A stretch of DNA of 45,574 nucleotides, from NCBI GenBank assembly GCA_028290325.1, contig JAQGJY010000049.1, forward strand, positions 1-45,574. The letters run 5' to 3'. Position 1 is the first letter of the stretch. Every line of letters starts with the position of its first letter. Below the pieces are notes generated by a model. The model made no database searches, had not been told where the DNA came from, and saw only the letters and a list, made by a program, of their open reading frames with translations. The DNA is from Tardiphaga sp. GTDB taxonomy: Bacteria; Pseudomonadota; Alphaproteobacteria; Rhizobiales; Xanthobacteraceae. Shown here piece by piece: positions 29,378-37,645 of this stretch. Made by a program: the position numbers and the translations under genes.

Positions 29378-30805
29378 ATGACCGCCCATCCCATTCACGC
29401 AAAGATCTCAGGCCCGATCGTGATGATCGGCTTCGGATCGATCGGCAAGGGCACACTGCCGCTGATCGAGCGCCATTTCGACTATGACAAATCGCGCTTC
29501 GTCATCCTCGATCCGAACGCAGACGGTGAGATCGCCAAGCAGCACAACGTGACGTTCTTGCAGCAGGCCATCACCCGCGACAATTATCGCGAGGTGTTGG
29601 TGCCGTTGCTGACCGCGGGCGGCGGCCAGGGGTTCTGCGTCAACTTGTCTGTCGATACGTGTTCGGTCGATATCATGGAGATGTGCCGTGAGATCGGCTC
29701 GCTGTATATCGACACCGTCATCGAGCCGTGGCTCGGCTTCTATTTCGACAAGAGCGCCGGCCCGGAGAAGCGCTCGAACTACGCGCTGCGCGAGACGCTG
29801 CTCGCCGCCAAGCACAAGAGCCCCGGCGGCACCACCGCCGTCTCCACCTGCGGCGCCAATCCCGGCATGGTGTCGTGGTTCGTGAAGCAGGCGCTGCTCG
29901 ACATCGCGCGCGACACCGGCACTGAATTCAACGAACCCAAGAGCCGCGAGGGTTGGGGCCAGCTCGCGCACAAGCTCGGCGTCAAGGGCGTCCACATCGC
30001 CGAGCGCGACACCCAGCGCGCCGACAAGCCGAAGCCGATGGACGTATTCGTCAATACCTGGTCGGTCGAGGGCTTCGTGTCCGAAGGCCTGCAGCCGGCC
30101 GAACTGGGCTGGGGCACGCACGAAAAATGGATGCCCGACAATGGCCGCAAGCACGATCAGGGTTGCGGCGCCGCGATCTATCTGTTGCAGGCCGGCGCCA
30201 ACACCCGGGTGCGCTCATGGTGCCCGACGCCCGGCGCGCAATACGGTTTCCTCGTCACCCATAACGAGTCGATCTCGATCGCGGATTATCTCACCGTGCG
30301 CGACGGCCAGAATGTCGTGTATCGCCCGACCTGCCATTACGCCTATCACCCCGCCAACGACGCTGTGCTGTCGCTGCATGAAATGTTCGGCGCAACCGGC
30401 AAGATGCAGTCGGACTGGAAGATCCTCGACGAGAACGAGATCGTCGATGGCATCGATGAACTCGGCGTTTTGATCTACGGCCACAGCAAGAACGCCTACT
30501 GGTTCGGCTCGCAGCTGTCGATCGAGGAAACCCGCGCGATCTGCCCGTATCAGAACGCGACCGGCATGCAGGTGTCGTCCGCGGTTCTGGCCGGCATGGT
30601 GTGGGCGCTGGAAAATCCGCAAGCCGGCATCGTCGAGGCCGACGAGATGGACTTCCGCCGCTGCCTCGAAATCCAGTCGCCTTATCTCGGTCCGGTGAAG
30701 GGCTATTATACCGACTGGACACCGCTGACCGATCGTCCCGGCCTGTTTCCGGAAGATATCGATACGTCCGACCCGTGGCAGTTCCGAAATGTGCTGGTCA
30801 GGTAG
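29378..30805 (+). CDS. hss: Homospermidine synthase
   Basis: IGFGSIG, CGANPGMVS, HIAERDTQ, NTWSVEGF, THNESISI, YQNATG and DPWQF motifs. Confidence 0.96.
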   Translation: MTAHPIHAKISGPIVMIGFGSIGKGTLPLIERHFDYDKSRFVILDPNADGEIAKQHNVTFLQQAITRDNYREVLVPLLTAGGGQGFCVNLSVDTCSVDIMEMCREIGSLYIDTVIEPWLGFYFDKSAGPEKRSNYALRETLLAAKHKSPGGTTAVSTCGANPGMVSWFVKQALLDIARDTGTEFNEPKSREGWGQLAHKLGVKGVHIAERDTQRADKPKPMDVFVNTWSVEGFVSEGLQPAELGWGTHEKWMPDNGRKHDQGCGAAIYLLQAGANTRVRSWCPTPGAQYGFLVTHNESISIADYLTVRDGQNVVYRPTCHYAYHPANDAVLSLHEMFGATGKMQSDWKILDENEIVDGIDELGVLIYGHSKNAYWFGSQLSIEETRAICPYQNATGMQVSSAVLAGMVWALENPQAGIVEADEMDFRRCLEIQSPYLGPVKGYYTDWTPLTDRPGLFPEDIDTSDPWQFRNVLVR

Positions 30806-30914
30806 GCGGTCGCTCTGACCGCGACCGTCATCAGCCACGAGGCTATTGGCCTCTGGGCCCTCCGCCCTGGCGGGGGTGACAGCAGCGTGTGCCGAAGCGC
30901 TTTAGCCTGCAAAC

Positions 30915-30946
30915 AAAAATGCCCGGCTCGTGCCGGGCATTGATTA
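30915..30946. terminator. Intrinsic terminator between convergent genes
   Basis: AAAATGCCCGGC-TCGT-GCCGGGCATT; U tract on the minus strand. Confidence 0.75.
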
Positions 30947-30959
30947 TCGATCGCTGAAA

Positions 30960-31301
30960 TCACTTGGCCGGGATCGGGTCGGCAACCTTCTCGGGCGGTG
31001 CCGCTGGCAGAGCCGGCGTTGCGCCAGACCCCGCCGCATCGCTATCCGGTCGCGCCGGCTGCGGCGAAACCTCATGCGGGCGTGCGCCTGACGTCCCGGT
31101 TGTCGATGCCGGTTCGGCGGGCTTGGTTTCATGCCCTGGCGTCGACTGCAGCGGCTGCGGTGTCGCCTGGGCCAGTTGATCGTGCTGATGATGCGCGATC
31201 TGCGCAATCGACACGCCGGAAATCAATGCACCGACGCTGACAATCGCGGCCGCCAGCAACAGCTCGCGCTTCAAGGCACTCTTCCCGTGGATCATGGGCA
31301 T
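30960..31301 (-). CDS. Hypothetical membrane-anchored or exported Pro/Ala-rich protein
   Basis: N-terminal hydrophobic helix and low-complexity tail. The start was chosen to lie downstream of the EcfG promoter. Confidence 0.75.
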   Translation of the reverse strand: MPMIHGKSALKRELLLAAAIVSVGALISGVSIAQIAHHQHDQLAQATPQPLQSTPGHETKPAEPASTTGTSGARPHEVSPQPARPDSDAAGSGATPALPAAPPEKVADPIPAK

Positions 31302-31333
31302 TGTGTTCACCCGGTTTGTTGACGCGAACATTC

Positions 31334-31358
31334 AACGAAACCGATGCGCCAAGGTTCC
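31334..31358 (-). promoter_or_regulatory. EcfG (general stress sigma) promoter
   Basis: Exact GGAAC-N16-CGTT on the minus strand, 32 nt upstream of the ATG at 31301. Confidence 0.8.
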
Positions 31359-31390
31359 TTCACCATGTTGCCGCAACGCAACCCGACGGC

Positions 31391-32410
31391 TTAAACGGTC
31401 AGCAATCCGGCTTCGCCATCGTGCGCGGCGAAGGCCAGTAGCCTGCCGCTGGCGCTCCATGCCAACGACGCCACTTGCGCGCCGCCGTTGCGGCGCACGA
31501 GAATCTCGGCGCCGTCATGCATCCGCACCATCAACACGGTGCCGTCGGTATAGCCCGCCGCGAGGATATCCTGCCTCGGATGGCACGCCACAGCCGAGAC
31601 GCGCGCCTTCAGCGGCGCGAGCATCGCCGGCTCCTTGCCCATCGGCCCGTCCTTGCTCGCGAACGGCCAGATGATCACGGTATCGGCACCCGATGTCGCC
31701 AGATGCTTGCCTCCGGCATTCCATGCCATCGACCGCACCCGGCTTGGATAGCCGGTCATCCGCATGTGGCGGTGGTCCGCGAGCCGCCAGCCGTGCAGCG
31801 CCGTTTCGTGCATCGTGGTGACGAGGAATTTATTGTCCGGGCTGAACGTGACACCGAGATGCGAACCCTGCCATTCGAGCCGCTCCGGCGCCGCGGCCAT
31901 GTTCGGAAACCACAGCGTGACGCCGTTGTAATGCGCGATGGCGAGTCGCAACCCTTTCGGCGCGAATGCCAGACCGCCTACCGTCGAGGGCGCATCGAAG
32001 GTCTTCATTTCGCCTTTCGCGCTCAGGACGTGAGCGGTCTTGCCGGCCGACCAGGCGATCGCGCCGTCAGGATGGACCGCGACGCTGTCGATCCAGCGAT
32101 GCTTGGCGTCGCGCCCGATCGTGGTGGTTTCGCCCTTCGCATTCAGGGCGACGACCTTGCCGTCGTCGCCGCCGGTGATGACGCGCTTGCCGTCACTGAC
32201 CGTGCACAGCATCGCGCCGGCATGCAGATCAACCTTGTTCGCTGTCGCATCGGGCTGAACGACTGTCGCGGTCTCCTCGTTACCGATGAACACCGGCGTT
32301 TCGCCGAGAAAGTGCACGGCCATGACAGGCGCGCCGATCGCGATCGGCACGACATGGTCGGTGACCGATACGATCGAAGCCGTGTCCTGCGATTCAAACG
32401 ACATCGTCAT
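31391..32410 (-). CDS. WD40-repeat beta-propeller protein
   Basis: Repeated WD-like blades (TGGDDGKV, FSPDNKFL, ATSGAD, WSASG); ATGA-coupled to the COG0523 gene; no signal peptide. Confidence 0.9.
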   Translation of the reverse strand: MTMSFESQDTASIVSVTDHVVPIAIGAPVMAVHFLGETPVFIGNEETATVVQPDATANKVDLHAGAMLCTVSDGKRVITGGDDGKVVALNAKGETTTIGRDAKHRWIDSVAVHPDGAIAWSAGKTAHVLSAKGEMKTFDAPSTVGGLAFAPKGLRLAIAHYNGVTLWFPNMAAAPERLEWQGSHLGVTFSPDNKFLVTTMHETALHGWRLADHRHMRMTGYPSRVRSMAWNAGGKHLATSGADTVIIWPFASKDGPMGKEPAMLAPLKARVSAVACHPRQDILAAGYTDGTVLMVRMHDGAEILVRRNGGAQVASLAWSASGRLLAFAAHDGEAGLLTV

Positions 32411-33444
32411 TGCGGAATGCAGCGCGCGAAGCCGCCGCGGATCAGATCTTCAGGCAGATCGCGACCGATGAAGACGAGCCGGCTTTCGCGCTTCTCGTCA
32501 TCCTTCCACTTCCGCTGATGGTCGCCCTCCAGCATCATGTGGACGCCTTGAAATACGTAGCGGTCGTCGTCATCGCGAAACGACAGAATACCCTTGGAGC
32601 GCAGAATCTTCTGACCTTCCTTGGCGACAAGATCCTGCAGCCACGGCATGAACACGGTCGGATCGAGCGGCACATCGGAACGCAGCGACAGCGATTGCAT
32701 GTCCTCGTCGTGATAATGTTTCAGCCCGCCATGCGAATGGTCGTGGTCGTGACCATGATGCGCGTGATCGTGATCGTGACCATCGTCCGCGTGCAGAAAT
32801 TCCGGCTCGATTTCGAGAATGCGATCGAGATCGAACGCGCCGCGCTCGAGCACGTCGGACAGGGCCACGGCGCAACGCTCGGTGCGGTGCAGCTTGGCGT
32901 AGGGGTTGATCGCGCGAATCCGCGCCTCGACTTCGGCCAGCTCGGCCTTCGACACCAGATCGATTTTGTTCAGCACAATGACGTCGGCGAAGGCGATCTG
33001 GTTCTTGGCCTCCGGCGCATCCTTCAAACGATCCGCGAGCCACTTGGCGTCGGCGACCGTCACCACCGCGTCAAGCCGCGCGTTGGCCTGCACGTCCTCA
33101 TCGACGAAGAATGTTTGCGCGACCGGCGCCGGATCGGCGAGGCCGGTGGTCTCGACGATGATGGCGTCGAACTTGCCCTTGCGCTTCATCAACCCGTCGA
33201 GAATGCGGACGAGATCGCCGCGCACGGTGCAACAGACGCAGCCATTGTTCATCTCAAAGACTTCCTCGTCCGCGCCGATGATCAGATCGTTGTCGATGCC
33301 GATCTCGCCGAACTCATTGACGATGACGGCGTATTTCTTACCGTGGTTCTCCGACAGAATGCGGTTCAGCAGCGTGGTCTTGCCGGCGCCGAGATAGCCG
33401 GTCAGCACCGTGACGGGAATTTTGGAATGGGTCGGTTCAGACAT
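32407..33444 (-). CDS. CobW/COG0523 G3E P-loop GTPase metallochaperone
   Basis: GYLGAGKTT, NEFG, NGCVCC, ETTGLADP, NKID, a His-rich insert and FQGVH. Confidence 0.95.
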   Translation of the reverse strand: MSEPTHSKIPVTVLTGYLGAGKTTLLNRILSENHGKKYAVIVNEFGEIGIDNDLIIGADEEVFEMNNGCVCCTVRGDLVRILDGLMKRKGKFDAIIVETTGLADPAPVAQTFFVDEDVQANARLDAVVTVADAKWLADRLKDAPEAKNQIAFADVIVLNKIDLVSKAELAEVEARIRAINPYAKLHRTERCAVALSDVLERGAFDLDRILEIEPEFLHADDGHDHDHAHHGHDHDHSHGGLKHYHDEDMQSLSLRSDVPLDPTVFMPWLQDLVAKEGQKILRSKGILSFRDDDDRYVFQGVHMMLEGDHQRKWKDDEKRESRLVFIGRDLPEDLIRGGFARCIPQ

Positions 33445-33465
33445 GATTTCTCCGGGGGAGCGCCG

Positions 33466-34413
33466 CTACTTCGCCAGAGCGCGCGTCAGCGTTCTTATAT
33501 TATGCGTGACCATGGCAATGTAAGTGGGGGCGTCGCCGTTTTCCGCCGTCAGCGTGTCCGAATACAGCGTGCCGCCGATCGCGGCCCCGGTTTCGGCGCT
33601 GATCCGCGCGATCAATCTGGGATCGCTGACCTGTTCCAGGAAGACGGCCGGAATTTTGCTGGCCTTGACCTGCCGGATGATGGCCGCGAGGTCTTTGGCG
33701 CCGGCCTCCGAATTGGTCGAGGTGCCGAGCGGCGCAATGAAGGCGATGCCATAGGCGTCGGTGAAATAGCCGAAAGCGTCATGGCTGGAAATCACCTTGC
33801 GGCGCTCGGGCGGAATCGTCGCCACGGCGGCGCGAATCTCGGCATCGAGCGCATCGAGTTTTTTGAGATAGGCGTCGGCGTTGGATCGGTAGGCATCGGC
33901 GCCGGCCGGATCGGCGGAGGTCAGCGCGTCGCGAATGTTGGCGACGTAAATTTTGGCATTCGCGACGGACTGCCATGCATGCGGATCGCGGCCGGCTCTA
34001 CGCGAGGCGATGCCGTCACTGGCCGCGACGATCTTGGCTTTGCTGCCGGAGGATTTGACGAGGCGCGGCAGCCAACCCTCGAAACCGAGGCCATTGACGA
34101 TCACCAGCTTTGCATCCGCGATCGTCTTGGCGTCGGCGGGTGACGGCGTATAGACATGCGCGTCACCGTTCGGGCCGACCAGATTGGTGCTACTGACGCG
34201 ATCGCCGCCGACCTCGCGGACGAAATCGCCGATGATTGAAAAACTCGCGACGACAGGCAGTCGGTTTTGCGCGGCGGCCGACGATGCGAAGGCGAGGACA
34301 GCGAGCAGGGCGACGACCACTCGGCTCGCGCCAGACGGGGTCGCGCGCGACAATGCCTGCGTCGCAAGGTTTGGTTCGCCGCTGGCGCGGGGATGAGCGG
34401 ATGTCAAAATCAT
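33466..34413 (-). CDS. Cluster A-I metal (Zn) ABC transporter substrate-binding protein (ZnuA/AztC-like)
   Basis: DAHVYTPSP, NGLGFEGW, DPHAWQ, HDAFGYF and LYSDTL motifs. The ATG at 34413 lies immediately after the permease stop. Confidence 0.92.
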   Translation of the reverse strand: MILTSAHPRASGEPNLATQALSRATPSGASRVVVALLAVLAFASSAAAQNRLPVVASFSIIGDFVREVGGDRVSSTNLVGPNGDAHVYTPSPADAKTIADAKLVIVNGLGFEGWLPRLVKSSGSKAKIVAASDGIASRRAGRDPHAWQSVANAKIYVANIRDALTSADPAGADAYRSNADAYLKKLDALDAEIRAAVATIPPERRKVISSHDAFGYFTDAYGIAFIAPLGTSTNSEAGAKDLAAIIRQVKASKIPAVFLEQVSDPRLIARISAETGAAIGGTLYSDTLTAENGDAPTYIAMVTHNIRTLTRALAK

Positions 34414-34414
34414 A

Positions 34415-35293
34415 CTAAGCCTCGAGATGACGTCCCGGAAACATTTGCCGCACGATGCCGCCGACATTGCCGAACAGCACCGAGACGATGTAGATCGCCG
34501 CGGCGACGAGAATGATCGCCGGGCCTGACGGCACCTTGGTCAGAAACGACAGCACCAGCCCGCAATAGCCGGAGATGGCCGCGCTCAAAACCGCGATGCC
34601 GATCATGCCGGTGATGTCACGCGACCAGAACCGCGCGATGCCGGCGGGCAGCACCATCAGCCCCACCGCCAATAACGTGCCGAGCGCGTGAAAGCCGTTG
34701 ACGAGGTTGATAACGACCAGCGCCAGAAACGCCAGATGCGCCGGCGCGCCGGCGCGGCTGACGGTGCGCAGATAAAGCGGATCGACGCATTCGATCACCA
34801 GCGGTCGATAGATCACCGCGAGCGCGATCAGCGTGATCGTGGCGTTGAACGCGATCACCAGCAGCGTCTGATCGTCCATCGCCAGGATATTGCCGAACAA
34901 CACATGCAGCAGGTCGATATTGGTGCCGCGCATCGACACGATGGTCACGCCCAGCGCGAGCGAGACCAGATAGAACGTCGCCAGCGAGGCATCCTCCTTG
35001 ATCTCCGTCACCCGCGAGACGAGACCGGCGAGCAATGCCACCGAGAAGCCGGCGACCAATCCGCCGAACGTCATCGCGAAGAGGTTGAGACCGGAGACGA
35101 GAAAGCCGATCGCCGCGCCGGGCAGGATCGCATGCGCCATCGCGTCGCCGACGAGGCTCATCCGCCGCAGCATCAGGAACACGCCGATCGGCGCGCCGCC
35201 CAGCGCCAGCGCGATCACGGCCGCCAATGCGCGGCGCATGAACTCGAATTCGGTGAAGGGCGCGATCAGCGCATCGTAGATCATGTCAAACAT
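34415..35293 (-). CDS. Metal ABC transporter permease (ZnuB/AztB-like)
   Basis: LRRMSLVGDAMAHAILPG, LFGNIL and PSGPAI motifs. Confidence 0.94.
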   Translation of the reverse strand: MFDMIYDALIAPFTEFEFMRRALAAVIALALGGAPIGVFLMLRRMSLVGDAMAHAILPGAAIGFLVSGLNLFAMTFGGLVAGFSVALLAGLVSRVTEIKEDASLATFYLVSLALGVTIVSMRGTNIDLLHVLFGNILAMDDQTLLVIAFNATITLIALAVIYRPLVIECVDPLYLRTVSRAGAPAHLAFLALVVINLVNGFHALGTLLAVGLMVLPAGIARFWSRDITGMIGIAVLSAAISGYCGLVLSFLTKVPSGPAIILVAAAIYIVSVLFGNVGGIVRQMFPGRHLEA

Positions 35294-35423
35294 CAGACCG
35301 CTTGGACACGCATGGACGAACCCCGTTGCCGAAGGCGGCGCGACGATCGGCGAAGCCTTCGTGACGGTCCGGACAACGCTTCGCAGCGCGGTCTATTTGA
35401 AGTTCGCGGCTGGCTGGATCTCG

Positions 35424-36182
35424 TCATGCCGCGCGCGTGTGCGGAACGTCGGCCGCGCAAGGCGACGCGCCATCATCGAACGCCTCGCACATCTTTCGCG
35501 CGATGCCGAGATTATCCAATGTCAGCACGTCGACCGTCCGGCCCCACGCGACCGCGCCGCGCGCCAAAAGCAGCGTCTGCGGAAACTGCGTGCGGACGAG
35601 GTCCATATCGTGCAGCGCCGCGACCACCGTGCGGCCCTCATGATGCCAGCGCTGGATCAGCAGCATGAGATCGGCCGTGGTCTTGGCATCGATGGCGTTG
35701 AAGGGTTCGTCGAGCACGATGACGCGGGTATCTTGCAACAACACGCGCGCGAACAGCATGCGCTGCATCTGTCCGCCGGACAGCGTGCCGATGCCGCGAT
35801 TTTCAAACCCGTTGAGGCCAACCGCGCCGAGCGCCTGCGTGATGCGTTTCGTGTGCGCTTTGCCGAGGCCACCGAACAGGCCGGTCGTGCGCCACAATCC
35901 GGTCGCCGTGAAATCGAATACCGAGATCGGAAACGTGCGGTCGATATCGGCGGTCTGCGGCAGATAAGCAATGTCGCGCACGCCGAGACCGGCGCGGTCG
36001 ATCGCGCCGCCGAGCGGTTTGAGGATGCCGACGATGCCGCGCAGGAGCGTCGATTTGCCGGCGCCGTTTGGGCCAACCAGCGCCAAAAGCGCGCCAGAGG
36101 CGATCGCGCCGGACAGGTGATGCACCGCCGGATGGCGGTCATAGCCCAGCGTCAGATCACGAAAGGTGAGTTGTGCGGTCAT
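35424..36182 (-). CDS. Metal ABC transporter ATP-binding protein (ZnuC/AztA-like)
   Basis: GPNGAGKST, YLPQ, LSGGQ, LDEPF and LHD motifs. Confidence 0.94.
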   Translation of the reverse strand: MTAQLTFRDLTLGYDRHPAVHHLSGAIASGALLALVGPNGAGKSTLLRGIVGILKPLGGAIDRAGLGVRDIAYLPQTADIDRTFPISVFDFTATGLWRTTGLFGGLGKAHTKRITQALGAVGLNGFENRGIGTLSGGQMQRMLFARVLLQDTRVIVLDEPFNAIDAKTTADLMLLIQRWHHEGRTVVAALHDMDLVRTQFPQTLLLARGAVAWGRTVDVLTLDNLGIARKMCEAFDDGASPCAADVPHTRAA

Positions 36183-36183
36183 G

Positions 36184-36351
36184 TCAGCGCATCGCCACGA
36201 GAACGAGGGCCCAGAGCCCGGCCGCGATCAGCGCCGCCATCCCAAGCCGCGCGGGCAGCGCCATCCGCAGCAACGACCACGGCGCCGCTTGCGCCGGATG
36301 GGGCACGCCGGGGGCGTGATGATGCTCGTGGGGCGGTGGGGCGTGCGGCAT
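36184..36351 (-). CDS. Small His-rich membrane protein, 55 aa, first gene of the zinc operon
   Basis: Manual translation MPHAPPPHEHHHAPGVPHPAQAAPWSLLRMALPARLGMAALIAAGLWALVLVAMR. Its stop is 1 nt before the ATPase ATG. Confidence 0.78.
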   Translation of the reverse strand: MPHAPPPHEHHHAPGVPHPAQAAPWSLLRMALPARLGMAALIAAGLWALVLVAMR

Positions 36352-36357
36352 GGGCGG

Positions 36358-36374
36358 ATGTTATAATATTACAT
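36358..36374. promoter_or_regulatory. Zur box
   Basis: ATGTTATA-A-TATTACAT, one mismatch to the ATGTTATA-n-TATAACAT palindrome. It is an AT-rich island directly upstream of a zinc uptake/COG0523 operon. Confidence 0.85.
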
Positions 36375-36397
36375 AGGCAGAGTCTATCCGGGTGGTT

Positions 36398-36772
36398 TCA
36401 ACTCAAGCTGCGAACCAGCGCCAGCCCGGCGAACAGCCCGCTAATCGCCATCAGGACCGAGCCCAGGACATATGCCAGCGCCAGAGCGATCTCGCCGCGC
36501 TCGTAAAGCACCGCCGCGTCCAGCGAGAAGGCCGAGAACGTCGTGTAGCCGCCGAGGATGCCGGTCATGAGGAAGATCCGCCACGGCTGCGCGGTCTCGC
36601 CCTTGAAGGCGAGATAGCCGGCGATCAGGCCCATGACCGTCGAGCCCGTGATGTTGATGAGGAATGTGCCCCACGGAAAATGCGGCCCGAACGCTTTGCC
36701 CGCCGCCATCGTCAACGCATAACGCAGCACCGAGCCGAGACCGCCGCCGACAAAGACAAGAAGGTAGCTCAT
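36398..36772 (-). CDS. crcB: Fluoride efflux channel FluC/CrcB
   Basis: GGGLGSVLRY, FPWGTFLINITGS and TGILGGYTTFSAF motifs. Confidence 0.95.
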   Translation of the reverse strand: MSYLLVFVGGGLGSVLRYALTMAAGKAFGPHFPWGTFLINITGSTVMGLIAGYLAFKGETAQPWRIFLMTGILGGYTTFSAFSLDAAVLYERGEIALALAYVLGSVLMAISGLFAGLALVRSLS

Positions 36773-36822
36773 GGCCCGTCCGACGATGCAGTTGCGCGGC
36801 AATGCCGACGCCAGATACGAAC

Positions 36823-36941
36823 GGGCCCCGGACCAGCTGCTGCACTAGGGCTGCTGCGCCGATCCGAGGCCGTGACGGATTTGCCGTCAACGTCCCGGCC
36901 TTCCAGAGCAGCAGAAAACGGCTGCTCAGCGTCCGGGACAG
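36823..36941. repeat. Degenerate REP-like palindromes between sodB and crcB
   Basis: GTCCCGG...GCAGCAG..CTGCTC...CCGGGAC, plus a GTGACGG..CCGTCA hairpin. Confidence 0.5.
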
Positions 36942-36947
36942 GCAGCC

Positions 36948-37550
36948 TTAGACCTTCGCCTTGGAATACATCTCCTCGACGTAGTCCCAATTGACGAGGT
37001 GGTCGATGAACGCCTCCAGATATTTCGGTCGGGCATTGCGGTAGTCGATGTAATACGAATGCTCCCAGACATCGACGCCGAGAATCGGCACCGCGCCGTG
37101 CACCAGCGGGTTCTCGCCATTCGCCGTCTTGGCGATTTCCAGCTTGCCGTTCTTGACCTGCAACCAGGCCCAGCCCGAACCAAACTGGCCGACGCCAGCG
37201 GCCGCGAAATCGGCCTTGAACTTGTCGTAGCCGCCAAGATCCTCGGTGATCTTCTTTTCCAGGACGCCGGGCAGCTTGGTGCCGCCGCCATTCGGCTTCA
37301 TCCACTTCCAGAAGTGCAGATGGTTGTAATGCTGACCGGCGTTGTTGAACACAGCCGGGTTCTTGCCGAACGAGCCCTTGACGATGTCTTCGAGAGACTT
37401 GCCCTCGAATTCGGTGCCCTTGATCGCGTTGTTGCCGTTGGTGACATAGGCCTGATGATGCTTGTCGTGATGATACTCAAGCGTCTCCTTGGACATGTGC
37501 GGCGCAAGCGCGTCATGGGCGTAAGGCAGATCGGGAAGCGTAAAGGTCAT
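36948..37550 (-). CDS. sodB: Fe/Mn superoxide dismutase, Fe-type residues
   Basis: HHDKHHQAYV, NNAGQHYNH (Gln typical of FeSOD), FGSGWAWL and DVWEHSYY motifs. Confidence 0.93.
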   Translation of the reverse strand: MTFTLPDLPYAHDALAPHMSKETLEYHHDKHHQAYVTNGNNAIKGTEFEGKSLEDIVKGSFGKNPAVFNNAGQHYNHLHFWKWMKPNGGGTKLPGVLEKKITEDLGGYDKFKADFAAAGVGQFGSGWAWLQVKNGKLEIAKTANGENPLVHGAVPILGVDVWEHSYYIDYRNARPKYLEAFIDHLVNWDYVEEMYSKAKV

Positions 37551-37645
37551 GGGATGTCATCCGCTATCGTGGGGGATATGGTTCAACAGGAGCTCTTATA
37601 GATGGTTCCCGGTAATGGTCCAATGACGTCCGCCGCCTGTGCCGT

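Noticed and set aside
36773-36947. Fluoride riboswitch upstream of crcB
   Set aside because: I could not find the GGCRATGR...GCTRATGAC-type conserved blocks. The region looks like decayed palindromic repeats. An Infernal search would settle it.
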